DNA from: Planctomycetota bacterium
GTDB taxonomy: Bacteria; Planctomycetota; B15-G4; SIAN01
Direction of reading: 5' to 3'
Assembly (NCBI GenBank): GCA_031409275.1
Contig: JANNXA010000050.1
Location: 128,001 to 192,000, forward strand
Length of the DNA: 64,000 bases
Below the pieces are notes generated by a model. It was not told the DNA's origin. It was given only the letters and a program-made list of their open reading frames with translations, and searched no databases. Each line of letters starts with the position of its first letter. Position 1 is the stretch's first letter. Made by a program: the position numbers and the translations under genes. Positions 1-9,268 of the stretch are shown piece by piece.

Positions 1-1
1 C

Positions 2-934
2 GCGGGGCTCGGCGCAGTGCCCTCCGACTACGACGGCGACGGCGACGTCGATCTCTTCGTCGCCAACGACTCGACGCCGAACTTCCTCTGGCGCAACGAC
101 GGCAGCCTGCGCTTCACCGAAGTCGCCGGTGACGCCTGGGTCGCGGTGGATGGGTCCGGCGTCAGCACCGCGGCGATGGGCAGTGACTTCGGCGACGTCG
201 ATGGCGACCTCGACTTCGACCTCGTGGTGGCCAACCTCGCGATGGAGGTGAACAACCTCTACCGCAACGATGGTCACGGGCGCTTCGACGATCGCAGCCA
301 GGCGAGCGGCTTCGGGCCGCCCTCGCTGCTCTACGTCGGGTTCGGCTGCGAACTCTTCGACGCCGACCTCGACGGTGACCAGGACGCGCTGATCGCGAAT
401 GGACACGTGATCGACAACGTCGAGCGCTACGAGCCGGCGCAGACGTTCCGCCAGCCGCCGCTGTTCATGGCCAACGACGGTCACGGCAAGTTCCGCCGAC
501 TGCCGGCCGAGGAGGCGGGCGCCTACTTCGCCACGCGGCAGGTCGGACGCGGACTCGCGCTCGGCGATCTCGACAACGACGGCGACCTCGACGCGGTGAT
601 CGGCCACTGGAACGGCGCGCCGGCGTTGCTCGAGAACCGGACCTGCCACGACGGCGGCGGGCCGCGCTGGATCGGGATCTCTCTCGTCGGAGCGGCGAAG
701 AATCGGCAGGCGCTCGGCGCACAGGTCCGCATCACCGCCAACGGCCAGTCAGAGGTCGACGAGGTGCGCGGCACCAGCAGCTACCTCGCCTTCCACGACA
801 CACGACTCTTCTTCGCCCTTGGCGAAGCGGCGGCGGCCGAGTCGATCGAAGTGCGTTGGCCCGACGGGCAACGATCGACCCACGGGCCGCTCGCCGCCGG
901 CGCCGTCCACCGCATCGAGGCACCCAAGCGCTGA
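2..934 (+). CDS. CRTAC1/ASPIC-UnbV family FG-GAP repeat protein (5' truncated by window edge)
   Basis: Repeated DxDGDGDxD motifs, GRGLALGDLDNDGDLD, C-terminal ASPIC-UnbV-like NRQALGAQVR...LFFALG...IEVRWPDG; frame open from base 2. Confidence 0.92.
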   Translation, partial: AGLGAVPSDYDGDGDVDLFVANDSTPNFLWRNDGSLRFTEVAGDAWVAVDGSGVSTAAMGSDFGDVDGDLDFDLVVANLAMEVNNLYRNDGHGRFDDRSQASGFGPPSLLYVGFGCELFDADLDGDQDALIANGHVIDNVERYEPAQTFRQPPLFMANDGHGKFRRLPAEEAGAYFATRQVGRGLALGDLDNDGDLDAVIGHWNGAPALLENRTCHDGGGPRWIGISLVGAAKNRQALGAQVRITANGQSEVDEVRGTSSYLAFHDTRLFFALGEAAAAESIEVRWPDGQRSTHGPLAAGAVHRIEAPKR

Positions 935-999
935 AGGCGAGCGGAGCAGCGACGCGATGGTGCGTTCGCCAGCGGCTCCGTCACCCAAATGTCATCGGC

Positions 1000-1024
1000 G
1001 GAACCCCGGGCACCCCCGCTCGTT
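1000..1024 (+). promoter_or_regulatory. Putative ECF sigma promoter GGAAC-N16-CGTT
   Basis: ggaac (1000-1004), 16-nt spacer, cgtt (1021-1024) in the intergenic region upstream of 1206. Confidence 0.45.
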
Positions 1025-1205
1025 CCAAAGATCCGCCGGTGAGCGGCACCGAAGGCGCAACGGCGCGCGAACTAGATCGACCGCCGGTGGTCTTAGGTCA
1101 GCACAAGGCGCCGTTTCCGGGCGACCGCTAACCTGCCACGGCCTTCGCACCGCTAGGCCGCCCGGCCGGTAAGTTCGCACCAACGTTCGCAGGGGGAGTT
1201 CAACG

Positions 1206-3011
1206 ATGCAGTGGATCAAGAGTCTCGTGGTCGCCGCGACGTCGTTCGCAGCCGTCGGCTTCGTGCCGCACGCAACGAGCGCGGCGCTCGATGTGCCGAG
1301 CCGCTCCTACCGCGATCCGGTCCACAAGTTCTCGTTCAAGATGTACGCCGAATGGGAGCAGGTACCCGTCGAGATCACCGAGAAGTACGAGGTCGCGAAG
1401 TTCTACGAGAAGGGCGATCGCGGCGACTGGTTCACCCCCGAGATCAATGTCTACCGACTCGACAAGAAGAGCGGCGCCGCCGGACCGGTCACCGGAGTCG
1501 ACCCGAAGAAGATCAACGACGAGGAGGTACGCCGCCTGCTCGAGTCGGCGAACGCTCCGAAGTCCGTCTTCGATCTCGCGTTTGGCACCTTGATCCCGGG
1601 GAAGGGCGACAAGCCCTGCGACCCGGCGTCGTTCAAGAAGATCACCTCGTACGACAAGGTCGACGGGAAGCTCTGGACGCACGAGATCCAGCGCGGCAAC
1701 AACCCCAAGGATCAATCGACGACGCTGTTGGTGATGCTGGTCGCGTTCGAGAAAGAGGGGATCGAGTACGGCATCCGCTTCACGGGGCCGGGACGCCGAC
1801 GCAAGGAGTTCGAGCCGGCGCTGAAGACGATGGCCAAGTCGTTCGTCTTCTTCGACGACAAGGCCAAGGACGTGGTCAACCTCGACAAGGTGCTCGACGG
1901 CGTGAACATCTCGCCCAAGCGCCGCGGCGAGATCCAGAAGGGGCTCGTGAAGGGCTGGGGAGTCGAGATCAGCCCGAAGAAGAACTACGTCATCATCTAC
2001 AACACGAAAGGCGCCAAGAACCGGCTGCTGGCGGAGACGCTCGCCAAGCGAATCGAAGGCATCCGCGAACAGATCTATGAAGTGCAGTTCCCGCCGGCCG
2101 AGCCGATCAAGTCGGTCTCGATCGTGCGCGTCTGCGGCGATCGCAACGAGTACCACAAATACGGCGGACCGGGCGGCTCGGCGGGCTACTGGAACAGCTA
2201 CGCCGAGGAACTCGTCTTCTACGACGCGAGCCCGGCCAAGCAGATCGACGACGACACGCTCGCGGTGCTCTACCACGAGGCGTTCCACCAGTACATTTTC
2301 TACAGCGTCGGCAGCGTCGCCCCCCACTCCTGGTTCAACGAGGGCCACGGCGACTACTACGCGGGCGCCAAGTGGAAGTCGAACAAGTGGAAGATCGGCC
2401 CGTTCGATTGGCGAGTCGGCACGGTGAAGGCGGCGATCCGGCAGGGCCCGCGCGACTCGGCGGTGCAGAAGGATGAGAAGAGCGGCAAGGAACGCCGGAT
2501 CTACGCCAGCGACAAGGGCTACACCCCGATCAAGGACCTCGTCGCCTTCAGCCAGGGCGATTACTACAGCTACCCGGGTGTGAGCTACGCGCAGGGCTGG
2601 AGCCTCATCTACTTCCTGCGCGAAGAGGTTCCGAACAACAAGAAGTACGCCGAGAAGTGGGGCAAGATCCTCGACACCTACTTCAACACCTTGAAGCGCG
2701 AGGTGAACAAGGAAGGCAAGCTCAAGCGCCGCGGTGGAGACGAAGAACCGCCAGCGCCGGACGATCCGAAGAAGCCCGGCGGCCCCGACGATCCGGACGA
2801 ACCTGCCGATCCGACTGAACCGGCCGACCCGACCGAACCGGGCGGCGAAGGGGGCGACGAACCGCCGCCCGATCCGGGGTTCCAGCCGATGCAGGAGGGC
2901 GAGGTCTCCGAGTCGGCACTCGACACCGCGCTGCGGGAAGCGTTCGCCGGAGTCGACTTCGCCGAGTTCGAGACCGCGTGGAAGGAGTTCACGCTCAAGG
3001 TTTCCGGCTGA
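1206..3011 (+). CDS. Secreted zincin-like (DUF1570/peptidase MA-like) protein
   Basis: N-terminal signal peptide, GGGGGAG RBS, YHEAFHQY followed by WFNEGHGDY (HExxH...NEG), YAQGWSLIYFL; acidic Pro-rich insert near the C-terminus. Confidence 0.82.
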   Translation: MQWIKSLVVAATSFAAVGFVPHATSAALDVPSRSYRDPVHKFSFKMYAEWEQVPVEITEKYEVAKFYEKGDRGDWFTPEINVYRLDKKSGAAGPVTGVDPKKINDEEVRRLLESANAPKSVFDLAFGTLIPGKGDKPCDPASFKKITSYDKVDGKLWTHEIQRGNNPKDQSTTLLVMLVAFEKEGIEYGIRFTGPGRRRKEFEPALKTMAKSFVFFDDKAKDVVNLDKVLDGVNISPKRRGEIQKGLVKGWGVEISPKKNYVIIYNTKGAKNRLLAETLAKRIEGIREQIYEVQFPPAEPIKSVSIVRVCGDRNEYHKYGGPGGSAGYWNSYAEELVFYDASPAKQIDDDTLAVLYHEAFHQYIFYSVGSVAPHSWFNEGHGDYYAGAKWKSNKWKIGPFDWRVGTVKAAIRQGPRDSAVQKDEKSGKERRIYASDKGYTPIKDLVAFSQGDYYSYPGVSYAQGWSLIYFLREEVPNNKKYAEKWGKILDTYFNTLKREVNKEGKLKRRGGDEEPPAPDDPKKPGGPDDPDEPADPTEPADPTEPGGEGGDEPPPDPGFQPMQEGEVSESALDTALREAFAGVDFAEFETAWKEFTLKVSG

Positions 3012-3136
3012 GTGAAGCCGCAGCGGGGCGAGCGCGGCGGCGCGGCCGAACGGGTCGCACCGCTCGCTCGTAGTGGCCGCTCCTGCCACGGAAGAGTCGT
3101 CGACTCGTGGCCTCGCTCCAACCAGGGATCTCCGCG

Positions 3137-3520
3137 ATGGCAGGCGCCGGTCGCAAGTGCTCTTCGTGCGCAGGCAACCTCGCCGACGCCGCCGCCGATC
3201 GTTGCGAGTGGTGTGGCGCCGCGCTCGGCGGCATTCCAGTCGCCAGCCCGGCGCCGCCCATCGCGCGCCCGGTTGCCCCCGCCGACAGCGGCCGCTTCGA
3301 GGACGCGCTGCGGCGCCTCGAGTCGATTCAGCGGCCCGTCCACAACAGCGCGCGCGGCTGCAGCTTCTTCGTGCTGCTCGCCGTGGCGGTGCTCGTCGTC
3401 CTCGTGCTGCTGTTCCTCAGCGTCGGCGACCCTGAACCGACCGACCCGGCGCCCCCGAAGTCGACTCCGGCCGCGCCGTCCCAGGAACTCCCTCCCGTCG
3501 AGCGGCCAAGCGACCGCTAA
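3137..3520 (+). CDS. Small zinc-ribbon membrane protein
   Basis: CSSC...CEWCG at N-terminus, one hydrophobic TM (FFVLLAVAVLVVLVLLFL), Pro-rich tail; ATG 3137 preferred over GTG 3107. Confidence 0.7.
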   Translation: MAGAGRKCSSCAGNLADAAADRCEWCGAALGGIPVASPAPPIARPVAPADSGRFEDALRRLESIQRPVHNSARGCSFFVLLAVAVLVVLVLLFLSVGDPEPTDPAPPKSTPAAPSQELPPVERPSDR

Positions 3521-3550
3521 CCCTGCGCCACGAGTGGAGCCACCGCGCTC

Positions 3551-4735
3551 TCAGCCAACCGGCGTCGCGGGATCGTGCCGCTCGGGCAGCCGTCGATAGA
3601 GCAGCACGCTGCACAGCCCGACCGCGGCGATCGCCGCCCACAACACGTGCGGTCCGTAGTGCTCGAGCAGCGTCATGCCGAACTTCGGCCCCACCGTCAG
3701 CCCGGCGCCGAACGCGAGCGTCAGCGTGCCCATGTAGAGGCCGCGGCGATTCGGCGGCGCGAGCTCGTTGATGAACGCCAACATCGCCGGCATCGCGATC
3801 ATCTCGCCGAAGGTCCAGATGACGACGGTCCCGACGATCGTCCACCACGTGTCGGCGAACGCCATCGCGCCGAAGCCCGCCGCGGTCAGCAGGCCACCCA
3901 CCACCAGCGAACGGCGATGGCTCCAGTGCGCGAGTTGCGTGTTGACCTCGACTTCGAGCAGCACGATCAAGAGCGTGTTGACCGTGATCGTGAGGCCGTA
4001 GTCGTACTTGCGCATCCCGAGGTGATGCGTCATGTAGTAGGCCATCGTCGAGTCGTGCTGGAAGAACATGACCGCGTTCAGCACGGTCGCCGCGAAGAAG
4101 CAGAGCAACGCCCGGTCGCGCATCAGCACGCCCAGCGCCGAGCCCTTCGGCCGCTCGTGGCGAACGGCAGCCGGCAGCGGCGTGCGCAGCAGCACCAGCG
4201 CTGCCACCAGGCTCGCCGCCGCATCGACCCAGAAGATGACCAGGAAGTCCCATTCGGCCAACAGCCCGCCGAGCGCCGGGCCGATCGAGAGCCCGAAGTT
4301 GACCGAGAGGCGCGACAGGACGAATGCCTGCTTGCGCAGGTGATCGGGGGCGACCTCGGCCACCAACGTCATCAGTGCGGGCCGCGGCATCTCGTTGCAC
4401 AGCGCGAAGGCGAAGGTCGCCAGCAGCACGGTCTCGAGCCGTTGCGCCAGCGGATAGCAGGTGACCGCAAGCGCCGCCGCCACCAGCGAGATCCGCAGCA
4501 CCCGCCGCGGCTCGAAGCGATCGGAGAGCCATCCCGAGAGCGGCGCCGCCACCAGCGTCGTCGCGCCGTAGAGCGACAGCACCCAGCCGGCCGTCGCCTC
4601 CTCGAAACCCAATCGCTGCACGAGGTAGAGGACCAGGAACGGACGCACCATCACGCCGGCGCGATTGATGAAGGTGGCCAGCGCGATCAGGAAGCTCGCG
4701 CGCGGGAGACCGGCGAGGCCGCGCCAGGGATTCAC
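3551..4735 (-). CDS. MFS transporter
   Basis: About 12 hydrophobic segments, motif A-like GWLSDRFEPRR, GPALGGLL, APPNRRGLYMG. Confidence 0.92.
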   Translation of the reverse strand: MNPWRGLAGLPRASFLIALATFINRAGVMVRPFLVLYLVQRLGFEEATAGWVLSLYGATTLVAAPLSGWLSDRFEPRRVLRISLVAAALAVTCYPLAQRLETVLLATFAFALCNEMPRPALMTLVAEVAPDHLRKQAFVLSRLSVNFGLSIGPALGGLLAEWDFLVIFWVDAAASLVAALVLLRTPLPAAVRHERPKGSALGVLMRDRALLCFFAATVLNAVMFFQHDSTMAYYMTHHLGMRKYDYGLTITVNTLLIVLLEVEVNTQLAHWSHRRSLVVGGLLTAAGFGAMAFADTWWTIVGTVVIWTFGEMIAMPAMLAFINELAPPNRRGLYMGTLTLAFGAGLTVGPKFGMTLLEHYGPHVLWAAIAAVGLCSVLLYRRLPERHDPATPVG

Positions 4736-4858
4736 GTCGGAACTCCACGATTCGATGTGCTACCGCGCCTTCGCGCGCCGCCCGATGGGGCGGAGCAACT
4801 TAGCGCGCGCGCGGCGATCTCATGCCACTCCCGATGGCACCGCTACACTCCCCGTCCC

Positions 4859-5725
4859 ATGGCCATCGACCGCCCGATCTTCATCGTCGCCCCGCCGCGC
4901 TGCGGCACGACGCTGCTCTACCAGTGCCTCGTCGCGCATCCCGACGTCGGCTACTTCAACCGCGCTAACCGCAACTACCCCGACTCGCCGCGCCTCGCCC
5001 ATTGGGTGACCAAGGTCGGAGGCCTCATCGGCGCCTATCGCGACACTCCACGCGAGTCGCGCAGCATCTGGTTCCACTTCTTCCCGCGCCGCGATCTCGA
5101 CGTCGCCGACGCAAACGATGCGACGCCGCAAGTGCGCGCCTGGTACGAGGAGCGCATCGCCGCCGTGCTGCGGCTGCGCGGCGCGCGCCGCTACTCGAAC
5201 AAGCTTCCGGCCCACTCGCTGCAGGTGGAGTTCCTGGCGGCGCTGTGGCCCGACGCCCTTTTCCTGCAGCCGCTGCGCGACTGGCGTGCGGTGGTGGCCT
5301 CCACCATGGTGAAGCGCGAGCGTGACTTCACCGGACAGTGGTTCGGGGTGCGGGCTCCCGGCTGGCAGGAGCAGGCGCGTCGGCCGCAGCACCTCGCCGC
5401 GGCATGGCACCACCGCGTCGTCCACGAGTCGCTCGCCGAGCAGGCGCGGGCGCGCCCCGGCCGCTTCCTGCCGGTGCAGTACGAGGAGTTGCTGGCGGCC
5501 CCCCAGGCCGCGATGCGCCGCGTCTTCGACTTCTGCGGACTGACGTACGACGACGCCTTGCTCGCGAGGGCGACGGCCGGAGTGCGCGCGACCCACGACA
5601 AGTGGCGCGAGACGTTGACGCCCGCGATGCTCGCTGAGATCGAGCGCGAACAGGGTGACGCGATGCGCCGCTACGAGTTCCGCGCGTCGGCCAGCAGCGC
5701 CGCTGCGACCGCCGCCGCCCCCTGA
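4859..5725 (+). CDS. Sulfotransferase family protein
   Basis: PIFIVAPPRCGTTLL (5'-PSB loop), LRDWRAVVAS (3'-PB), VQYEELL; C-terminal part of track ORF 3575..5725. Confidence 0.85.
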   Translation: MAIDRPIFIVAPPRCGTTLLYQCLVAHPDVGYFNRANRNYPDSPRLAHWVTKVGGLIGAYRDTPRESRSIWFHFFPRRDLDVADANDATPQVRAWYEERIAAVLRLRGARRYSNKLPAHSLQVEFLAALWPDALFLQPLRDWRAVVASTMVKRERDFTGQWFGVRAPGWQEQARRPQHLAAAWHHRVVHESLAEQARARPGRFLPVQYEELLAAPQAAMRRVFDFCGLTYDDALLARATAGVRATHDKWRETLTPAMLAEIEREQGDAMRRYEFRASASSAAATAAAP

Positions 5726-7161
5726 AGCACTGCGGGCGTGCCCTGGCCCGGGAAGATCGTGTCGCCCACCAAGTAGAGGCCGCGCAACGGCGAGCGCGCG
5801 CCAGCCCACTGCCACGGCGGCTTGGCGAGGCTGTGGCCGAGCCCTCCCACCTCGCCATCGACGCGCCCGGTGTAGCGCTCAAACGTCCGCGGCGTGCCCG
5901 GAAGGAACGGCGCGAAGGGCGTGCGACCGAGTTCCGGGAACGCGGCCACGATCGCTTCGCGCATCGCCTCCGCGACTTGCGCTACCGCCGTCGCATCGGC
6001 GCAATAGCGGCCTCGCGCCCACTCCTTCGGTTGAGCGACATGGGTGGAGACGGTCAGCGCGCGTCGACCCGGCGGCGCCCGCCCCGCCTCGCCTCGCCGC
6101 GAGAACGAGAGGAAGAGCGAGCGCGCCGGCAGGTGTGGCAACGGCCGCTCGAGCTCGAGCTGGTGGAACGGCGTGCCGAGATCATCGAAGTCGTCGCTCA
6201 CCCCCGCGTAGAGCGTGAACGCGCCGACCGCAACGCCGCCACGCAGCTTCCTCGCCGCGAACGCCGACAGCTCGGGCAGCAACATCGCCAGCGTCGACAG
6301 CGGAGTGTTGGCTACCACCGCGCGCGCCTCGAGCGTCGCCCCGCCCTCGATGTCGATGCGCCACGGTTCGACGCGCGTGCCGCGTCGCAAACCGACGACG
6401 CGCGCACGCAGGCGCAGCTCGCCCCCGTCCTGCCGCAGTGTGTGGGCGAGCGCCTGCGCGAACGCTGACAGGCCGCCGTCGACCGCCCACGTATCGCGCG
6501 GATAGGCGAGTCCGAGCGCCCCGAACAACCACGGCGTCCGCTCCGCTTCGTGCTGCGTGGTGATGGCGAGCTGCTCGCCCACGAAGCGCGCGCAGCGGCT
6601 TTCGGACGCGATGCCGTGACGGGCAAGTTCCGTCGCCACGCTGCGACGCAGCGCCGGCAACAGCGGCAGCAGCGCAAGCCGACGCGGCGACAGCAGCGCG
6701 AGCACCTCCCGCCACGAACCCGGCGGCACGCCGCCCGCCAACGGCAGCAGCGCCCACGCCCGATCGGCAAGCGCTTCCGCGGAGGCGAAGAAGCCGGCGC
6801 AGTCACCCTCGCCCGCGAACGCGCGCGCTGCCTCCGCCTGCCAACGCTTCGGATCGGCGAAACGGCGCACGACCCCGTGCCGGTCATGGAAGACGACTCC
6901 CGGATCGCACGCGACGCGCGGCAGGTCGAGCGAAAGGTGTTCAAGCAACTGCGCCACCGGTTGGCCCGGCTGCAGTCCCGAGAGGGTCGTCGCACCCACA
7001 TCGAAGCGGCAGCGATCGCGCGTGAACCAGGAGGCGCAGCCGCCGGGAAGCGCGTGCGCTTCGATCACGACGACGCGCAGCCCCGCACGCGCCAATCGGG
7101 CGGCGGTCGCGAGGCCACCAAGCCCGGCGCCGATCACCGCCACGTCGCAGCTTGGCGTCAT
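5671..7161 (-). CDS. FAD-dependent phytoene desaturase family oxidoreductase (CrtD-like C-3',4' desaturase type)
   Basis: VIGAGLGG Rossmann motif, PGGCASWF..FDVGAT, TPRTFERYTGR..G.VGG, GLYLVGDTIFPGQG; ATGA overlap with upstream gene. Confidence 0.8.
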   Translation of the reverse strand: MTPSCDVAVIGAGLGGLATAARLARAGLRVVVIEAHALPGGCASWFTRDRCRFDVGATTLSGLQPGQPVAQLLEHLSLDLPRVACDPGVVFHDRHGVVRRFADPKRWQAEAARAFAGEGDCAGFFASAEALADRAWALLPLAGGVPPGSWREVLALLSPRRLALLPLLPALRRSVATELARHGIASESRCARFVGEQLAITTQHEAERTPWLFGALGLAYPRDTWAVDGGLSAFAQALAHTLRQDGGELRLRARVVGLRRGTRVEPWRIDIEGGATLEARAVVANTPLSTLAMLLPELSAFAARKLRGGVAVGAFTLYAGVSDDFDDLGTPFHQLELERPLPHLPARSLFLSFSRRGEAGRAPPGRRALTVSTHVAQPKEWARGRYCADATAVAQVAEAMREAIVAAFPELGRTPFAPFLPGTPRTFERYTGRVDGEVGGLGHSLAKPPWQWAGARSPLRGLYLVGDTIFPGQGTPAVLQGAAAVAAALLADARNS

Positions 7162-8084
7162 TCGTATCCGAGCGCGCGCGCCGCCGGCCGGAGCGCCTGC
7201 TCGAGCTCGGCACGCAACGGCGCGTCGAGGTCGCGCCGCCAGCGGCCGATCGATGCCTGCGGCGACTCCGAAGTGAGGTGGCTCTTGCGCTGCGGCTCTT
7301 CGCGAAAGGCGCTCGCCATCGCGGCGACGCCGTCGACGGAGAGGCCCGCCCACTGCGCCACCTGCGTGAGAGCCGCCTCCGTCGCCGTCAGCAGCTCTTC
7401 GTAGCGCACGATGTGAACGGTGACGCCCGCTGCGCGCGCCGCGTCGAGCCGCGCGGGCAACCGCGTCCATGCCTGGCCGTAGTTGCCTGCGAGCAGCTCG
7501 GCGAGCGCCTGCGATCGCCCCGCGCGCGGCGCCGCGCCATCGCCCTCGCGATAGAAGAAGTCGGAGGCCGAGACGACGGCGTCGCGCGGATCGCGGACCA
7601 GCAGCAGCATGCAGGCGTTCGGCCATTGGCGCGCGAACTCGACCATCAAGTTGACGTAGACCTTCTCCGCGAAGCCGCGCACGGCCGCCTTGCCGAGCGA
7701 TCTTGCGAGGCGCCGATAGAAATCGGAGACGCCGGCGCGCGCCGCGGCAGCGAGCGGCGCGAGCACCGATTCGGCGTAGTCCCGTTCGAGTTCTTCCTCG
7801 CGACTCGAGAAGGGCGAGCGACCATTCTCGTAGACGCTCTTCGCCGGCTCATGGCCGGACGGTTCGACCGCCTCGACGAGGCGCAGCGAAGCGTGCGCGA
7901 AGGCGACGTACGTCGCCGGGCGCTGCTCGTGCGGCCAGCGCGGGCAGACCACGAGCTCCGGATGGCGAGAGAGCGCTTCGAGCAGGATGGTGCCACCGCT
8001 GCGACCATTCGCCAGCACGGCCAGCGGTCGCAACGCCTCGAGCGACTCCGTCGCGGGCGGGTTCCCTTTGCGTCCGAAGATCAC
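7158..8084 (-). CDS. Sulfotransferase family protein
   Basis: NGRSGGTILLEALSRHP, LVRDPRDAVVS, VRYEELL, SIGRWRRDL...ALGYE. Confidence 0.85.
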   Translation of the reverse strand: MIFGRKGNPPATESLEALRPLAVLANGRSGGTILLEALSRHPELVVCPRWPHEQRPATYVAFAHASLRLVEAVEPSGHEPAKSVYENGRSPFSSREEELERDYAESVLAPLAAAARAGVSDFYRRLARSLGKAAVRGFAEKVYVNLMVEFARQWPNACMLLLVRDPRDAVVSASDFFYREGDGAAPRAGRSQALAELLAGNYGQAWTRLPARLDAARAAGVTVHIVRYEELLTATEAALTQVAQWAGLSVDGVAAMASAFREEPQRKSHLTSESPQASIGRWRRDLDAPLRAELEQALRPAARALGYE

Positions 8085-9268
8085 CGTGGCCTCCTTGCCG
8101 TTCGCTGTGCGACGACTTCCGCGTAGACCGCGGCCAACCGCTCGCCCTGGCGGCCGACGTGGTACTCCGATTCAACGTGGCGGCGCCCCTCGGTCACGAG
8201 CGCGAGCCACTGCGCCGGATGATCGACGAGCCAGCGCAGATGGCGCACGAGACCGGGGACATCATGCTCGCCGGCGAGCAGTCCGGTGCGGCCGTCGAGG
8301 ATCACCGACGGGATGTCGCAGTGCGTCGAGCTCACGATCGGCATCCCGCTGGCGGCGACGTCGATCAGGCTCACGGGCGCGCCGCCCTCCGTGTCGCCGT
8401 CGGCTGCGGTCACGCTCGGCGAGACGAAGACGTGGGCGCGATACGCCTCGGCGAAGAAGACGGCGTGCGGCTGGTAGCCGAGCAGTCGCGTCTTCGCGCG
8501 CAACCCGTGGCGGTCGATGGCGGCGAGGATGCGCTCTTTCTCGGGGCCGCTGCGCGGGTCGGAACTGGCGTCGCCGATGACGGTGATCTCCAGATCCGCG
8601 TGATGGCGCTTTAACTCGCCGATCGCGTCGATGGCATCGGGGAAGCCCTTCTTCTCGCGAAACGAGCCGGCGATGAAGAAGCGCAACGTGCCACCGTCCC
8701 ATCGACGCGGCCGGAACTCGATCGCTTCGACATCGACCCCAAGGTGCTGCACCACGACCTTCTCGGGGGGGCATCCCAACGCGACGAGGCAACGCCCCAT
8801 GTGCGGCCCTTCGCAGAGCACGCGATCGACGGCCGCGAACATTTGCCGGTAGCGCTCCAGCCACTTCGGCTTCTGCCGCGGCAGGAAGTTGACGTCCTTG
8901 CCATAGAAGGTCGCGACATGCGCGAGGCCGGCCGAAGCGGCCGCCTCGACGTCGCGACAGGCGTGGTCGCCCCAATGCGAGTGGATCAGGCGCGCACCGG
9001 AGCGACGCGCGGCGTCGACCACGAAGCGGGTCCAGCTCGGCTCGCGCCAGGCACGCCAGAACGGGAGCTTCTGCCCGCGCTGCTTCCTCTGCTCGATCGC
9101 CGGCCAGGCGAACTGATCGAGGTTCTCGACGCCGTCGCAAACGACCCGGCTCTCGACCCGCGCCGCCGGAAGGCTCTTCACCTGGGCGAAGAGCCAGGTC
9201 GACGTCAGCGGCAACCAGTACGGCACGCTCTGCAGCGCGACGATCGACCGCTCCTGCACCTCACTCAT
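8081..9268 (-). CDS. GT4 glycosyltransferase (WcaL-like)
   Basis: IHSHWG, TFYGKD, GSFREKKG, PSVTAADGDTEGG.PVSL, STHCDIP. Confidence 0.88.
   Translation of the reverse strand: MSEVQERSIVALQSVPYWLPLTSTWLFAQVKSLPAARVESRVVCDGVENLDQFAWPAIEQRKQRGQKLPFWRAWREPSWTRFVVDAARRSGARLIHSHWGDHACRDVEAAASAGLAHVATFYGKDVNFLPRQKPKWLERYRQMFAAVDRVLCEGPHMGRCLVALGCPPEKVVVQHLGVDVEAIEFRPRRWDGGTLRFFIAGSFREKKGFPDAIDAIGELKRHHADLEITVIGDASSDPRSGPEKERILAAIDRHGLRAKTRLLGYQPHAVFFAEAYRAHVFVSPSVTAADGDTEGGAPVSLIDVAASGMPIVSSTHCDIPSVILDGRTGLLAGEHDVPGLVRHLRWLVDHPAQWLALVTEGRRHVESEYHVGRQGERLAAVYAEVVAQRTARRPR

Noticed and set aside
1038..1125. Glycine or c-di-AMP riboswitch call
   Set aside because: Only short fragments match (CCGAAGGCGCAA, GCTAACC); the other conserved elements are missing, so kept only as an unassigned structured leader
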